From: Podarcis liolepis
Lineage: Eukaryota
NCBI GenBank assembly: GCA_965112155.1
Contig: OZ218106.1
Direction: 5' to 3' (one strand)
DNA length: 64,000 bases
A program made the translations under genes and the position numbers. Under the pieces are notes generated by a model. It did not search any database, had not been told where the DNA came from, and saw only the letters and a program-made list of their open reading frames with translations. This document shows positions 53,087 through 64,000 of this stretch, piece by piece. Every line of letters starts with the position of its first letter. The first letter of the stretch is position 1.

Positions 53087-53606
53087 CAGTGTTTCCCAAA
53101 CGTTTTTGGGCAACGGCACACCTGTTTACCGGGAAAAAATCTCGCGGCACACCACCATTAAAGCCCCGCCCCGTGACGTCAGCGCGCAGCGTCACGCCGG
53201 GAAGGACGCACAAAAGTGAAAGTTTTTTCCCTTCCCCTTGCCGGGGTGGGAGGAGGCAGCAGAGCGAGGGATTGAGGGACGGCGGCAGCTGAGGCGGCGG
53301 CGGCTGTTGTGGTGGTGGCGGCGATAGCGGGCGGAGGAGGAGCCGTCGCCGGGAGTTGCTGCTGCTGCTGTTGCTGCTGCTGCCCGGACATGCCGGCCTC
53401 CTCCTCCTCCGCTGTCTCGCGCTCCTCCCTTTTGCGCGCGCTGCCCCGCCGCTCGGCACCAGCACCGCGGAGCCGCCCCCGGCTCGACGCGGATCCTCGC
53501 CGCCGCCGCCTCTCGCCGCCCGACTCGCCCGCCTCCCTCCCACGGCACACCAGCCGGTGTCTCACGGCACACTAGTGTGCCGCGGAACACCGGTTGGGAA
53601 ACACTG
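53087..53606. mobile_element. Young non-autonomous hAT element with CpG-island-like cargo
   Basis: Perfect 13-bp TIRs CAGTGTTTCCCAA / TTGGGAAACACTG; perfect 8-bp TSD CTCTAGGT (53079-53086 / 53607-53614); subterminal (A)CGGCACAC repeats. Confidence 0.92.
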
Positions 53607-53702
53607 CTCTAGGTCATCGAAACCAGCTTCATCTTTGAACTTAGATAGTTCCTGTATCATTGCCAGTGATTACCAGCACAGTTCTTCCCTTTATGTGTAA
53701 TA

Positions 53703-53933
53703 CGGTTGTACCTTGGTTTTCGAACAGCTTAGTTCTCGAATGTTTTGGTTCCCGAACGCCGCAAACCTGGAAGTGACTGTTCTGGTTTGCGAACTATTTT
53801 TGGAAGCCAAACTTCCGACAGGGCTTCTGTGGCTTTTGAATGGCTGCAGGAGCTTCTTGCAGCCATTCAGAAGCTGTCCTTTGGTTTCCGAAAGTTTTGG
53901 AAGTCATATGGATTCCATTCCAATGTATGACTG
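53703..53933. mobile_element. Tigger-like MITE (second family)
   Basis: TA|CGGTTGTACCTTGG...CCAATGTATGACTG|TA; internal 'gcaaacctggaagt' similar to 23272-23516. Confidence 0.6.
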
Positions 53934-54346
53934 TACTACATTTTTGGTAAGTCAGAGACTTTTTTGTAGTGAGAAACTAATAGGTAATGATGATGTGCAA
54001 GGCCAGTTCCAGACCAAATGGTGCTCTGGCTGCAGAGAATCTTTGCCACCCCCCTCCCCCATTTGTTTAACTATTGAATACCTTGTTTTTAAAATTTTAC
54101 CTATAGAATGGTTTTGATGTACAATTTCCATGTGTGATTTATCCCTGTCATGTACTGTGATAAATTTGCACACATGGATCCATCACTCAGACATATACCA
54201 CTTGCTGAATGCGCACTGATTATATGATTTTTTCCTGCAAATGATGAAAAAGAAGGTTAGCACAAAGCTGGCTAAGCAGGTCAGTGTTGCCAACATTACA
54301 AGTGAAAATGAACTATTGTGACCCCCCTCAGTGGTTGAATAGATAG

Positions 54347-56284
54347 CACTGGGCAACAATTTTTTACTTTTTGAATGTTGTCTAGATTTCTACAACTGAT
54401 TTAGGGTATTTTTGCACTGCTGAATCAGGAAATGGCATCCATTTCTCTCCATCAGGTCAGGTTTGCTGTAAACTGAATGGTGGGCATTGATAAAGGTAAG
54501 TACACGTAAATTGCATGTTGCTTCACCATTTTTCAAACTTCAGGGCTTGAACTTCTGTTTCTTGGAACTCCTGGAATGCTCAGCAGCAGGGAGGTCTCTC
54601 TTCAGAGTCTCTCTTCAGAGTACAACAGTAGTCAGCCATCATGACTGCATCCCAGCGACCCTGATACCTGGTCTCCATCTCTTTCATGTCCTGATGGAAT
54701 CTCTCCCCCTGCTCGTCACTCATTGAACCCAGGTTCTCAGGAAACCGGTCCAGATGTGAAAATAGGTAGTGCATCTTGATGCTCATGTTGCAGTCCAGGT
54801 TTCTGAAAGCAGTCAGCATGTTGTTGACAAGTTCTGCATAGTTTCTGGCCTTATTGTTGCCAAGAAAGTTCTTCACTACCAGAACAAATGCCTTCCACGG
54901 TTCCAGTTCCACTTCGTTCACTGACTTTCCGAACTCTGGATCTCTGATGAGCTGACGGACCTGAAGACTGTCAAAGATGCCAGCTTTCAACTTCTCCATG
55001 GTCAATCCTGGAAAAGCCTGGCACAAGTAAGTGAAGCAGTCACCATCCTTGTCCAGAGCCTTGGTGAACTGCTTGATTAAGCCGAGCTTGATGTGCAGCG
55101 GTGGGAAGAGTATTCTGTCTCTGTCCACCAGAGGGTAATTGATGACGTTCCTTTCTTTGCAAGGCACCAGTTCCTCCCGCACAGGCCAGTCCTTCTTCGT
55201 GTAATGCTGAGCACAGTCCCTACTATCCCACATGCACAGAAAACATGGGTACTTGGTGAAGCCAGACTGTTGTCCCAACAAAAAGTTCACCATCTTCAGG
55301 TCAATACAAATAAACCACTTATGCTGATCATAACCAATTTTCTCCAGCACATACTTCACCGCTTCATAGTTCTTCATCAGTGTACTCAAGTTAGCCAGGG
55401 GTATAGAGGCAAACTGGTTGTCGTTGTGTAGCAGAACACATTTCAGTGATCGCTTGCTGCTGTCAATGAACAGTCTCCAATCTTTGGGTTCGTACTGTGG
55501 CACTCTAAGCTTGAGCAGAAGCTGCGCAATATCTGCACAGTACACCAAGTCCTTCTCTTCCGAGAAAAAACGGAGGTGCTCTTGATGCCTGTTGCGGAAG
55601 AAGCTGATGCGAGCACTGTCAGAGAGGAGGTTTTTTTTCTTCAATCTGGATGCCAACAGTTCGGCAGAGTCCTTTGACAAGCTGAGGTCGCAAACTAGAT
55701 TATTCAACTCCTTTTGGGAAAATGGATGTGGAGCATCATCTTCAAGAACCACTTCTTCTTCTTCTTCTTCTTCATGTCCTTCAACACTGGAGGCCTCTTC
55801 CTCACTAATGTCAGAAAGTTCTCCTAAGATAGGCACTGGAATTTCATCACAATGAGCTACAGAGCGACGTGCTGATTGAAGATCAGGATACTTCGTGGGG
55901 CGGCTGCCCCATTAACTTAGTTTTGATCCCCCAACTTTATGCTTTCCCTCACCAATTTATGGAAGATTTCGAGGTTTTATGACTTCAAACTGATCCCTTT
56001 TCGACATAATCACCCAGAACTATCGGACCTGAATACTTCTTGTCATTAAAATAATCATTTCCAATCAAAACAATTATTCGACATGGCATTTTACCCCCAC
56101 CAACTTCTTCTAAAATGCTCCACACAAGCGTACATGTGAACAAAAACGTAAAAAAAGACATGTGGCCATAGCTCAAAAACTTGACCTGATTGAGCAAAAC
56201 CAATGTGATTTTTGGATTCAGCGCATCAGATTCGTCCTAAATCAACTGAAAAAATGCAGACAACAAATTTGTTGTTGACCAGTG
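54347..56284 (-). mobile_element. Chapaev3-type (CMC superfamily) DNA transposon, both termini intact, internally deleted
   Basis: Termini CACTGGGCAACAA / TTGTTGACCAGTG; imperfect longer subterminal inverted similarity; 3-bp TSD TAG (54344-54346 / 56285-56287); encodes a transposase on the minus strand. Confidence 0.85.
54540..55893 (-). pseudogene. Chapaev3-type DDE transposase (N-terminally deleted, C-terminal frameshift)
   Basis: Motifs YPDLQSARRSVAHCDEIPVP, FSQKELNNLVCDLSLSK, WRLFIDSSKRSLKCVLLHN, ICIDLKMV, GFTKYPCFLCMWDSR, PPLHIKLGL, KMHYLFSHLDRFPENLGSMSDEQGERFHQD and MADYC. No in-frame ATG before the first catalytic Asp; 13-bp duplication at 54594-54619. Confidence 0.85.
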
Positions 56285-56329
56285 TAGCCCATGATAGCAG
56301 CGACTCCACAAAAGTGGGGACAGAGGGAA

Positions 56330-56472
56330 CTAGAGCTGCCCCCTATAATGAGTAGGCAGAAGAACCCACCACCACACAGCTGTCCCTCCTAGACTTAGCT
56401 GGAGATACTGGGATTGAATCCGGGACCTTCTGAATGAGAAGATGTTCTACTACTGAACTACATCCTTTCCCC
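56330..56472 (-). mobile_element. tRNA-derived SINE (degenerate)
   Basis: The minus-strand head GGGGAAAGGATGTAGTTCAGTAGTAGAACATC...GGTCCCGGATTCAATCCCAGTATCTCCA has A/B boxes but no intact cloverleaf. Confidence 0.55.
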
Positions 56473-56719
56473 AAGGGGAAGCTATTCAAGGATGAGCCAC
56501 GGAAGACTATTTGACAGAAGAGAGGGAAAGGTACAACACTAGGACCCGGCAACTGGCAGCATCATCTCACCTGTTGTACCTGGGAGAAGAGCTTAGCTCT
56601 GAATGAAGAAACTGTGCCAAGAGTTAAGGTGCGGACAGTGAGGTGGTAAGCAGCCTACAGCTGAGAATGGAAAGGCTGAACCATGAACAACGTGTTTCTG
56701 GTTTTGCTCTATCCACTTC

Positions 56720-57065
56720 CTCCATGCCATGCAGAATTCCATAAAGTTCTATCATGTTGCCACAAAAAGTCTCAAATGCAGCAACCTTTCTTTATTGTGG
56801 GGCAGCGGGGTGAGGGCCACCCTTGATCATTTGGGTGGCCCTTTCAGAACCTTTGACAACTCAGCAATATCCTTTGTGAGGTGAGACAACCAGAACTGTA
56901 CGCAGTACCCCAAATACATTCGCACTATAGATTTGTATAATGACATGATATTGGCAGTTTTATTTTCAATGCCTTTCCTAATGATCCCAAGCATGGATTT
57001 TGCCTTTTCACAACCACTACATGGGTCGACATCTTCATCGAGTTATCTACAATGACCTCAATTTC
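56720..57065 (-). mobile_element. CR1 LINE ORF2 fragment
   Basis: The minus strand encodes VIVDNSMKMSTHVVV...GII...IMSLYKSIV...LGYCVQFWLSHLTKDIAEL (frameshifted), matching the CR1 'LGV.VD..L.MS.QC...LYK..VRPHLEYCVQFWSP' motif. Confidence 0.75.
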
Positions 57066-58414
57066 CCGCCCACTCCTGCCCCGTGATTCAGGAGACAAAA
57101 GATGATGAGCCCTGAAATTGAAATGGACCAAACTGCCACATCCTTTCAGCAACTTTTTCTAGGGTTTTCATCCCATGCTACTAAGGCGCCCCTCTTTCTT
57201 TCTCTCAATCTCTCCCCCCCTGGTGCCCCTCCTCTGACACAAAGCTTATTCCCCACCACAACTTTTAGGTTAAAGATGCATACTGTGCCATTGCTTACTG
57301 AACTGATGTGATGCAAGTACAGGGGAAGCTGAGGGCAGAAATATGTTTAGAAACATCTTCTGGAAGCCCCATCAATGAGATTTTATGCCTTGAAATGGAA
57401 AGAAAAGCATTAAAAAGCTGAGAGTTGGCAGGTATGCTTGTTAACCAGAAGAGGAGGGGGAGGCCTGTACCACCCCTGCTACCAGTGGAATGCAGTACTT
57501 GTGACTAGCCCACAATGCATATATATCTGTGAAAAAGGAAGTTTTTAAGGCCTGCTGTGTGAGCAAAGTACATTAGTTTGATAGACAACTCTTTGTTCTT
57601 CAACTAGGAGGAAACAATGGCAGCTGGAATAAAGGGAGTTACGGTGAAAGTCATCTTAAGTGCATCACAAATGCATCACAAATATAGAAAGAATGGATCA
57701 GAAGACTGTTTGAAAAGAACATACAGCCATGAGTTTTATAAGAACCTAGTACTTTAGGGCCTTCATTCATCTTGCATCAATGCAAATTGAAAGTATCACA
57801 TTTACTTCAGCAGGGCTTGGATAATACCGCAAAATCCCTGCAATAGCAACATCCAGTAACCCACTGACAAGGAAGGAGTCGGAAGAGGGGGTGGTGAGGG
57901 AAGGTGTGGATCTTATTCAAAAGTCACTCATTTCCCCCCTGGAGAAAATTCTCATTGAGTCTATTGAAATTGGGGCAGAAAGAAAGCTGAATAGGGTTCT
58001 ACTGTGGCAGACTAGAATGGTACCAGTTATGTAACCCCCATGAAAAGCTTCTTTAGAAACCTGGGCATTACTGTAAAAAAAGAGAGAGAGAAAAGGGAAA
58101 AGATTAATAAAAAAACTCTCTTTAACATGTACTGTGGAACCAGATGATGAGATTAATCTTTTCCTTTACCCTTCCAGTTTTGAAACTGGGATCGAGACAG
58201 ACTGTGAGAAGTAGAAGCTTGTTTGGCTGACAAACTTTAAAAATCCAATGCAGTTGGATACAAATCTGCACCCCTTCAACTAAGTTATTTAGATGTACCA
58301 TGCAGGTGAGAAGGGCAAAAGAGATATTTCAACAATTACCTGTGCAAAAGTGTGGGAAAGCTGTGGCTTTCAAAATATTGTTGGACTACAAGTTTTATCA
58401 TCTGGAGTCCAGTA

Positions 58415-58640
58415 CAGTGGTACCTCGGGTTACATACGCTTCAGGTTACAGACTCCGGTAACCCAGAAATAGTGCTTCAGGTTAAGAACTTTGCTTCAGG
58501 ATGAGAACAGAAATCGTGCTCCGGCGGCGTGGCGGCAGCAGGAGGCCCCATTAGCTAGAGTGGTGCTTCAGGTTAAGAACAGTTTCAGATTAAGAACGGA
58601 CCTCCGGAATGAATTAAGTACTTAACCTGAGGTACCACTG
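58415..58640 (+). mobile_element. Tigger/pogo-like MITE, family copy 4
   Basis: TA|CAGTGGTACCTCGGGTTA...TTAACCTGAGGTACCACTG|TA. Confidence 0.9.
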
Positions 58641-58714
58641 TAGTTATAATTACTGCAATTTAAATACATCTTACCACAGTGAGGAAAAACTCTGGCCTGT
58701 AGTGCCTGCTCAGC

Positions 58715-58759
58715 TCGGCTTACAGAATCTAACTGTCGGCTTACAGAATCTAACTGTCG
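58715..58759. repeat. Perfect 21-bp tandem duplication
   Basis: TCGGCTTACAGAATCTAACTG twice, plus TCG. Confidence 0.95.
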
Positions 58760-59829
58760 ATGGGCAACTTCAAAGCCCATTCCACCCTTCCTTCTTATAG
58801 TTCTTTATCTTTAAATCTCAACTTGGACCAGACAGTGCTTCAGACTGAGAACTCTTTCAAATAGACTGCCTTCCGTACAGTAGGGCATATCGACAACCTA
58901 ACTAACTTTTCCTACCACTAAGATGCTCTTACTGCTTCTGCCGTTCCAGTATATTTTTGATGTCTTACATTGCTTTTATTAACTGATAGCTACATTGAGA
59001 GCAGAATACTGAAGGATGGTGTCTAACTAATAATAAATGCATCACCAGGTGAGTGAGTGAGTGAGTAAGTGAACAAGGTGGGGGAAACATGGAAAAGGCA
59101 GGCTAGATGCTTGGATGCTGTCAGCAAAAGTTAACAGAAGTAAAATGAACTAAAGTGACTTACACCAGATGAGGATACATCCATTAGATTTCAATTTCAG
59201 ATGTCCCATTGCATATGCATTTCTCAGCACTGTGCTTCCATTTTATTAATGCTCCTCATTTTGTTATGTTATCCCAGCATTTGGCAACCCGTTCTAGAAT
59301 CCAAATATTTAACGTAATCTGTGGTTAAGTGTATGTGAAGCTTTAGCAGAAGTCAGCGCTTGATTCATAAAACTTGTTTTGAGGATGCAATTCTGTTGGT
59401 GATCTCTCATCTATAGCAGCTGGGCTACATGCAGAATGTCTGATTTGGAAGTGAGAGTTTGCTGCAAGGCAGGACTGGGAAATGCTGTTAAAGCGACGGC
59501 AGCTCCATACAAAACTGAATCGTGGTTATAGGGAAATATCCCATTTTGTCCTCTAAAAGATTTAATAACTCCATCTTTGGGGACTTTTGTGTGAATTAAA
59601 TGCTGCCTGAGGAAGACCAGCAGGAAAGGGGGGGGGATCACTCGTTTTCTGTTCGTTCATCATATGGATGAAAAATTCGTGGAATGAGCAGGAAATCTGA
59701 CCCAAGGGTTATTTTCACAAGTGGCTTAGAATACCTTTGAGTGTGCAATGAGGCACTAGTGAATAGTATTGTGGGATGGAAAGTGGAAGGGCACCATTAA
59801 AAATATTTTTGCATCAATGACTCCTTTCC

Positions 59830-60660
59830 AGGCTTGGAGAGAAAAATAAAAACTCACCACACTTTCAGTGTTGTTGGCATCCATCTGTCTTGAGAGATAA
59901 TGTCGTGTGCCTCTGGGGGTGAAATCAAATTGCTGCATTAGTAGCACTGAAGTGCAAGCCTGGGCAGTGTGTATGGGGGTCCCGGATGGTAAGCCATCGC
60001 TGATATGGTCTGAAGGAAAGCAGAGCAATACATTTGGCACCAGTTTGGCTGCAGTAATTGCTGGAAGGAGGCGTACAAGGTGCCATTCAACTGTCTTAAG
60101 GACTCCACTCTGAAATTGTGTAGGATTTACTCCTTAGCCTTTTCTCCTGCCAAAGATATCCAGCAAGGGAGCAGGGGTTTAGGATCAGAGTTTTCCTTCC
60201 CCTAGATTGGCTACCTTCTCAGGTTTATAAGCCCCATCTGCCCCTAGCTTCCCTCTACAGCAGGCTTCCTCAATCTCAGCCCTCCAGATGTTTTGAGACT
60301 ACAATTCCCATCATCCCTGAACACTGGTCCTGCTAGCTAGGGATCATGGGAGTTGTAGGCCAAAAACATCTGGAGGGCCGAGGTTGAAGAAGCCTGCTCT
60401 ACAGCATGTGCAGAAAGCTTCTTGACTGTTGGACCTACTTGTCTACTCAATCCACTGGAGCCTGTCTTCACATGTAGGGGAAGTCCCTAATGCACTAAGG
60501 GTTTGAGACTACCCTCACCTCATTTAGTGGCCAGTCGAAGCTGTTTCCCAGGGTGTGGCTGCTGTCTCATGCTGACAGCTTCTAGGAGCCACAGGTGATT
60601 GCTAAATACAGGGTGGAGACCAAAGGTGGACAAACTACCCCAGAAAGAGCATGACATGTC
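59830..60660 (-). mobile_element. RTE-clade LINE 5' UTR-like fragment
   Basis: 'gtttaggatcagagttttccttcccctagattggctaccttc...gccccatctgccc' resembles the reverse strand of RTE-type 5' regions as recalled; interrupted by a hAT MITE. Boundaries are approximate. Confidence 0.45.
60261..60396. mobile_element. Short hAT (URR1/Charlie-like) MITE
   Basis: CAGGCTTCCTCAA...TTGAAGAAGCCTG, nearly palindromic throughout; perfect 8-bp TSD CTCTACAG (60253-60260 / 60397-60404). Confidence 0.9.
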
Positions 60661-63600
60661 CCCCCCCCCGATATACTCCACCCCATACACCCCTCTTAAT
60701 GTAGGTAGGGACATTGAATGTGTATGTATGGGAACTGAATTGTGATTGAAAGTCCTGCCCACATGCGTTTCGTTGAAGGTAAGAAATGACCCTCCATGTG
60801 TACAAACTGTGTGTGTACCTGTGGGCTCAGTGCATAAAGTGGGAAACTGTGAAAACGGTACTCCTGTAAGGACACTTCCTATCTTCAGATGAAAGTACGT
60901 ATGTTTTGTCAATGGCCCTCCATTGTGATCCTGACTTTTCACATGTGTTCAGTGCACCAATTTTGAATGTGTGAAGACTCGTTAGTCTCCCTTTAAAATA
61001 TGAACTCGCTATCCCTGCAATGGTGGTGCGTGAAGAGACATTCAATCTTAAGCAGATCTGCTGTCCAGGAGGGCTCCAGTCTTCTGCTTCAGCTGGAGCT
61101 CTCCTCATCTGGCAGATCAACTGCTTCAGCAGATGGGTCAGCCTACTCTGTTTCAAGAGGGAGGCTGGAGGCCTCCCAAGCAGCAGATGCATTGCTGAGT
61201 TAGCTGCCCTGGCTGGAATCTTGCTCCTGAGTATTATTGACAGTCCTCTTTGTTGTGGAATAGAATGGTTTGCCCAACCACCCAGCTTAAAATCTCTTTC
61301 TTTTGAGATGGATCATAGTGTGAGGGGTTCTTGCCATCCTTTTTGGAACAGGGATGTGGTAGGCAATGAAGGCAAGACATAGAGCTGTAGTGCTGGACAG
61401 AGCACAAGCCCAAAGGACGCTGATTGAACACTATCGACCCAAAGGCTGCAGCATATATTCACTTATCCTATCATCTAACCAACTCAGTGACTCACAGGCA
61501 AAAAGATGCTGCACCAGGGACTGCTATAGGTTGTGAGTTCCAAAGTGACCCAGCAAGTGAACAAAGCAGCAACAACCAATACACAACAAAACCTTCCAGA
61601 ATCTCTTCTAGCCAATCTGAACTGGGGAGGAAATATCTTCTGGACCACCACCAGTCATGCTGTGTACACATAATAAATTTAAAGCACATGACTTCCCCAA
61701 AACAATCTTGAAAACTGTGTGGTAGACAGCTATTTTTTTTACTCAGCATAGACCCATTGAAATGAAGGAACATGACTAAGTTAGGTCCATTAATTCCAAT
61801 GATCTAATATGAATAAAACTTCACTGGATACCACTCTGTAGTTTGTTAAGGGTGCTAGGAGTTGTAGCTCGTTGAGAGCTTCCCAGGATTCTTTGCAGGG
61901 AGCCATGTGTTTCAAAAGTGTTTTAAATGTATGGTGTGCACACAGGCTCAATCAAACCTTGAAAAAGAACAAAACAAATCATGTTATGTGCAGGAAATAG
62001 TATGGGATGATTCAAGGTACAAACAAACTCCTGTTTTTGGTTGAAATAATTGGTGGTGCTCTGTAGGAAGGATGTAAAAAGCAGAAGGAAAACAAGACCA
62101 TTCCTGATCCCAAACAGAATGACCTATTCGCTCTATTGGAGCCATGTTTGAGTACCATAAAACATCAGGACTCTACAAAAGACTCAATCACATGTCTTCT
62201 TTCCTCCTGTAGTGTTTGATGTTATAGTTATTTAGAAACAGGGTTTTCAAAGTCACATTGGTTTATGACTGCTCATATGTCTAAAAACTAATTAACTATG
62301 ACAAGTTGACCATTAGAAAAAAAAATGTTCCTAACCATGACAAGATGACAGATGTTTTAATGCCAGAAAAATGGCATCCTTTAAAAGGATGTGATGACTT
62401 TAAGTTTCAATTAATTAGATGGGGTCTGGAATACAATAGTAATTTGCAAATCATTGAACCTGTTTGGCTAGGATAAGAGTATATCTTATTTTAAAGGTGC
62501 CATTCAACACAAATGTGGTCTGACTGTATGGGGGAATTTCACTTTTACTCTACAAATCTACACTTTTTACAATTCAGTATTTAGTAGTTGAGCTAACATC
62601 ATTTGCTTTCATATAGGTAAAGAGGTCTGCATCCTTTCCCTCCATTTGGTCATTTTCCAGAAAAGTGAATCACAAATTAAGATTTCCAGATGAAAGGAAG
62701 ACTGGGTGATTCAGAAGTGAAGATTTTTAAGACAATTGTTCTGTTAAACTAAAAAGAATATTTGTTAAAAACATTTGATATGCTAGTTATCATACAAAGC
62801 AGGCAACTTCTATATTTTCCATCTGAGGTAAACAACAGTTTTGAGAGGAGGGCAATTTAGATCAAGAAAATGGTGTGGGACAAAAGAGTTTACTCTGCCT
62901 CCCCCAACATATCAACACCAGTTTGATTCCTCTTTCCCTGGTTGTTTTAAGTTTTAAATAAACCAAGGGAGATCTGGTCATGGCTCTCTGAAGTTAATGT
63001 CTAGCTTGACCTCTGCAGCAAAAGAAGGAAGCTGGCTTGGCTAGGTTTCATCTTGTTGCAAATACATTCCTTCTTTTTTGTGCTCAGACATAATCTAAAC
63101 AGCCCTTGGTGTAAATGTTTAGGAGGTACAAAGTAGTGTATCTTTCCAAGTTATGCCTATTCCAATTTGTTTCTACAGTTTGGTATTAAACAGATTAAAT
63201 TTTGTTACTACACAGATCCTCTGATCCATTACCCAGGAGCCTCCTTGAGGACAGTAATTTACTTGTTGGATAATAGTGTGTAAATTATAACACACATTTA
63301 CAGCCTTTAATAGAAATGAGAGTAACACCACATAGGCAGCTATCATAGATGGATAAGTGTTTATTCACTAGATCAACACTTTGAAATTTCGATCATACTG
63401 TGGCTACAGCATCTTTTTCAGGGATGCACATGCACATACACTGAGGGAATGGAGTGATAGGTTCTGTCACTTTCTTGTTTCCCCCTTCCATCTTGCAAAC
63501 ACACTTTTCGCTGGCTTGAATTCGTCACAAAATTTATTTGCTCTTGGAATCTTGCTGAGTCACGGCAGTGAAATGCTTCCTTTGCGCAGAAGATAAGGCA

Positions 63601-64000
63601 ATTCCTGTAACACAAGGCAACAGACAGGAATGGAATTAAAGTACCCCTGCAATAAATACACGCTGTTTGACTTTAATGAACCTCAGGACTAAGCATATCA
63701 GAACTCTCTGTACGGCACTGGCTATTCAAATGTGCTTAACTCAAAAGCAGGGTATGATGGAGACAACACTCCAACGTATGTTTACCTCCATCCTGATAAG
63801 AGGTAAACCTCCTCAAAGATTCCATGCTGTGCTGTTGTCACCAATAGATGAACTGGGCCAAGTCTACAAATCAATTTCAGTAGATGAATTCTAGGTCCAG
63901 TGACCCAGAGTTTTAATTGGCTATTATTTTCCCAGAGGACCCTGGCATCGATCAATATGTATGGGGTGCTTTTCTCTTGCACTTCCTATTCAGACTGCAC

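Noticed and set aside
52881-53700. Several long overlapping ORFs (220, 128, 132, 114 aa)
   Set aside because: They arise from the GC-rich, stop-poor interior of the hAT element and run through TIR and L2 sequence; not a resident gene.
54580-55836. Domesticated host gene or active 418-aa transposase
   Set aside because: It lies between TIRs with a TSD, has no in-frame ATG before the first catalytic residue, lacks the N-terminal domain and has a frameshifted C-terminus.
60827-61382. Overlapping 120-aa ORFs on both strands
   Set aside because: No recognisable homology or convincing splice sites; composition resembles degenerate LTR-like repeat sequence such as 7411-8068.

Overview
Vertebrate genomic DNA, almost certainly from a squamate and probably a lacertid lizard (Sauria SINE with an ACCTTT tail, Squam3-type CORE SINEs, abundant L2/CR1/RTE fragments). 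The window is intronic or intergenic and dense in transposable elements. No complete host protein-coding gene is recognisable, and nearly all ORFs in the supplied track are chance or TE-derived. The two real protein homologies are: (1) a 5'-truncated PI4K2A copy with no intron or poly(A) (36834-37569, minus), embedded co-directionally in the 3' end of an L2 LINE and bounded by a 9-bp duplication; (2) a Chapaev3-type (CMC superfamily) DNA transposon with both ends (54347-56284, CACTG...CAGTG, TAG target duplication). Its DDE transposase frame is still open for more than 400 codons but has lost its N-terminus and carries a 13-bp frameshifting duplication at the C-terminus. Other notable items: a young hAT MITE (53087-53606, perfect 8-bp TSD) that appears to carry a captured CpG-island/first-exon fragment; LTR remnants, one with a tRNA-Ser primer-binding site; four co-oriented copies of a Tigger-like MITE; a degenerate Penelope hammerhead ribozyme; an unidentified pair of candidate exons at 3.3-4.7 kb; and a candidate NF-kB/CCAAT promoter plus first exon near 21 kb. 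TE family names are from recognition of sequence hallmarks, not database searches.
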